Assembly (NCBI GenBank): GCA_973895155.1
Contig: OZ316891.1
Span: forward strand, 15,779,037 to 15,843,036
Direction of reading: 5' to 3'
DNA length: 64,000 nucleotides
From: Marsupella aquatica
Lineage: Eukaryota > Plantae > Marchantiophyta
Part shown: in pieces, positions 62,284-64,000 of the stretch
Layout of the letters: each line of letters starts with the position of its first letter
Numbering within the stretch: position 1 is the stretch's first letter
Notes under the pieces: generated by a model
Databases searched by the model: none
What the model was told of the DNA's origin: nothing
What the model saw: the letters and a program-made list of their open reading frames with translations, nothing else
Program-made: the position numbers and the translations under genes

Positions 62284-62517
62284 GCAACAGCTGGCGATTG
62301 GCAAGTATGAGGTTGAGGATGACTACCTGCACAGAGTCACAGAACAGGAATTGCTGCCTGGAATGATGTTTAGGATAGTTGGATATGCATGAAATTGATT
62401 GATACTTTGAATTTAGTGTGCTGATTCTCCCTGTTTGGTTGTGGGTGCTGTGCAGAAGCTATGGGGGAAGAGGGTGATGACATGGAGACAGACATGGGGC
62501 TTGGAGAGTGGGGTGAA

Positions 62518-63007
62518 GAGAACAAGAATACTTATCTAGCACTATCTCAGTACAACTTAGACAACTTATTGCTCAGTATAGACTAAGCTCACACCACCTT
62601 GAAGTAGAACAAGGGAGATGGAAGGATATTGACAGGAAAAAGAGGGTTTGTCAACTATGTGATAGCTCTAGTATAGAGAATGAATATCATGTATTCATTG
62701 CTTGCAAGTTTTATGAGGGGGTTAGGATGGCATCTCAAATCTTGGTGAAAGATTTGTATGCATTGTTTGGTCTGCCCCCTCAGCAACTTGGAAGATATAT
62801 CTTTGCGGTGGATAGGGAAAGGAGAATAGGTTTGGAAAATCTTTCAGGGCTCTCTAGGTCCATAGTTTCTTTGAGGACATAGTTGTCCTCTTCTGAGCAA
62901 TCTCTTTTGGTTGCTCTTTTCTTTGATTGCATTGTACTTTACTTTTTGTGGCAGCTCCTTTGACTTTCATGGTCCCGGAGCTTATAATACATTACCATTA
63001 CCATTAC
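62518..63007 (+). mobile_element. 5'-truncated LINE 3' fragment
   Basis: Matches the ORF2 end, 3' UTR and tail of copy 2. Confidence 0.95.
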
Positions 63008-63626
63008 AATGGCCAACACACCCAACCAAGCTAAGAGCAAAACTTGAGCAAAAGGCTTTGCACAAACTTTGGCATGAACCTAGCCCACGGCAGCAATACT
63101 ACATGAGAGATGTGAACCCCATGAAGAAATATCGAGAACAAGAATACTTATCTAGCACTATCTCAGTACAACTTAGACAACTTATTGCTCAGTATAGACT
63201 AAGCTCACACCACCTTGAAGTAGAACAAGGGAGATGGAAGGATATTGACAGGAAAAAGAGGGTTTGTCAACTATGTGATAGCTCTAGTATAGAGAATGAA
63301 TATCATGTATTCATTGCTTGCAAGTTTTATGAGGGGGTTAGGATGGCATCTCAAATCTTGGTGAAAGATTTGTATGCATTGTTTGGTCTGCCCCCTCAGC
63401 AACTTGGAAGATATATCTTTGCGGTGGATAGGGAAAGGAGAATAGGTTTGGAAAATCTTTCAGGGCTCTCTAGGTCCATAGTTTCTTTGAGGACATAGTT
63501 GTCCTCTTCTGAGCAATCTCTTTTGGTTGCTCTTTTCTTTGATTGCATTGTACTTTACTTTTTGTGGCAGCTCCTTTGACTTTCATGGTCCCGGAGCTTA
63601 TAATACATTACCATTACCATTACCAT
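63008..63626 (+). mobile_element. 5'-truncated LINE 3' fragment, head-to-tail with the previous one
   Basis: Starts directly after the tail of 62518-63007 and includes sequence that is deleted in copy 2. Confidence 0.95.
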
Positions 63627-63898
63627 GCTGGATGGCTATAACGTTCCACTCTGGACAAGGCTTCAATATTTCAGGCAACAAATCTGGTTTGCATATAAAA
63701 CCAAATCTCCACCAGGAGCTTAAAAGGAGCAAACTCATGGAGGGCTAGAAGTCCTGAATTTGCTTGTTCACAAGGGTTGCTTGTGACCTTCCCAAAGCAA
63801 GGAAGCGAGAATGCATGGCGTGCATATAGTGTCTCATCAAGGTCCTTAATGTATTTTGCTCCTGCACGTTCCCTCTCATTGCATTGTTCCAACCCATG
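63627..63898 (-). pseudogene. MULE transposase fragment (post-DDE region)
   Basis: YARHAF..FGKVTSNPCEQANS.L..EFAPFKLLVEI resembles the MuDR T.N..ES.N motif. Confidence 0.6.
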
Positions 63899-63943
63899 TT
63901 CATGGCCCCGGAGCTTATAATACATTACCATTACCATTACCAT
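63899..63943 (+). mobile_element. 45-bp LINE 3'-terminal micro-insertion
   Basis: TTCATGGCCCCGGAGCTTATAATA plus (CATTAC)3CAT equals the extreme 3' end of the LINE. Confidence 0.9.
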
Positions 63944-64000
63944 CCAACAGATATGTAAATCTATAACAACAGAAAGATGGACATTTCCTTATGTTAAATG

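Larger units (their letters stand above)
44575..62517 (+). mobile_element. Large CACTA element 3 (left TIR present, right part missing), containing nested LINEs and cargo ORFs
   Basis: Left TIR CACTAGTAGAAACCGGGGT cuts the MULE ORF; GACTA/AAGACT subterminal repeats at 44600-44840; transposase at 58556-62283; continuity across the LINE block is inferred. Confidence 0.72.

Noticed and set aside
62911-63498. 195-aa ORF as a novel gene
   Set aside because: Chimeric read-through from one LINE 3' UTR and tail into the next LINE fragment

Overview
Eukaryotic land-plant genomic DNA, probably a seed-free plant or bryophyte (inferred from the TE repertoire and gene style). It is mostly nested transposons around two host genes: an 8-exon group-A MAP kinase kinase (MKK6/MKK1-like, 11434-15967 +) and an intronless LAS/SCL18-type GRAS factor (25549-26805 -). 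The mobile DNA comprises: (1) a young RTE-X-like LINE family, with two long, nearly identical copies carrying 181-bp 5' monomers, five 5'-truncated fragments, a (CCATTA)n tail and no visible TSDs; (2) three CACTA/EnSpm elements, one complete with 31-bp TIRs, a GGA TSD and a 228-bp perfect internal fold-back, and one large element carrying intact PHD, BRCT and F-box cargo ORFs; (3) L1 remnants; and (4) a decayed Mutator-like element. The best candidate for an undescribed system is the Mutator-like element. It has a divergently transcribed partner gene with a ParB/Sulfiredoxin-type domain, and nine copies of the palindrome AGCGCC-N-GGCGCT sit only in its introns and intergenic spacer, which recalls ParB/parS and VANDAL/VANC anti-silencing. 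All domain calls are by-eye motif recognition; no searches were run.
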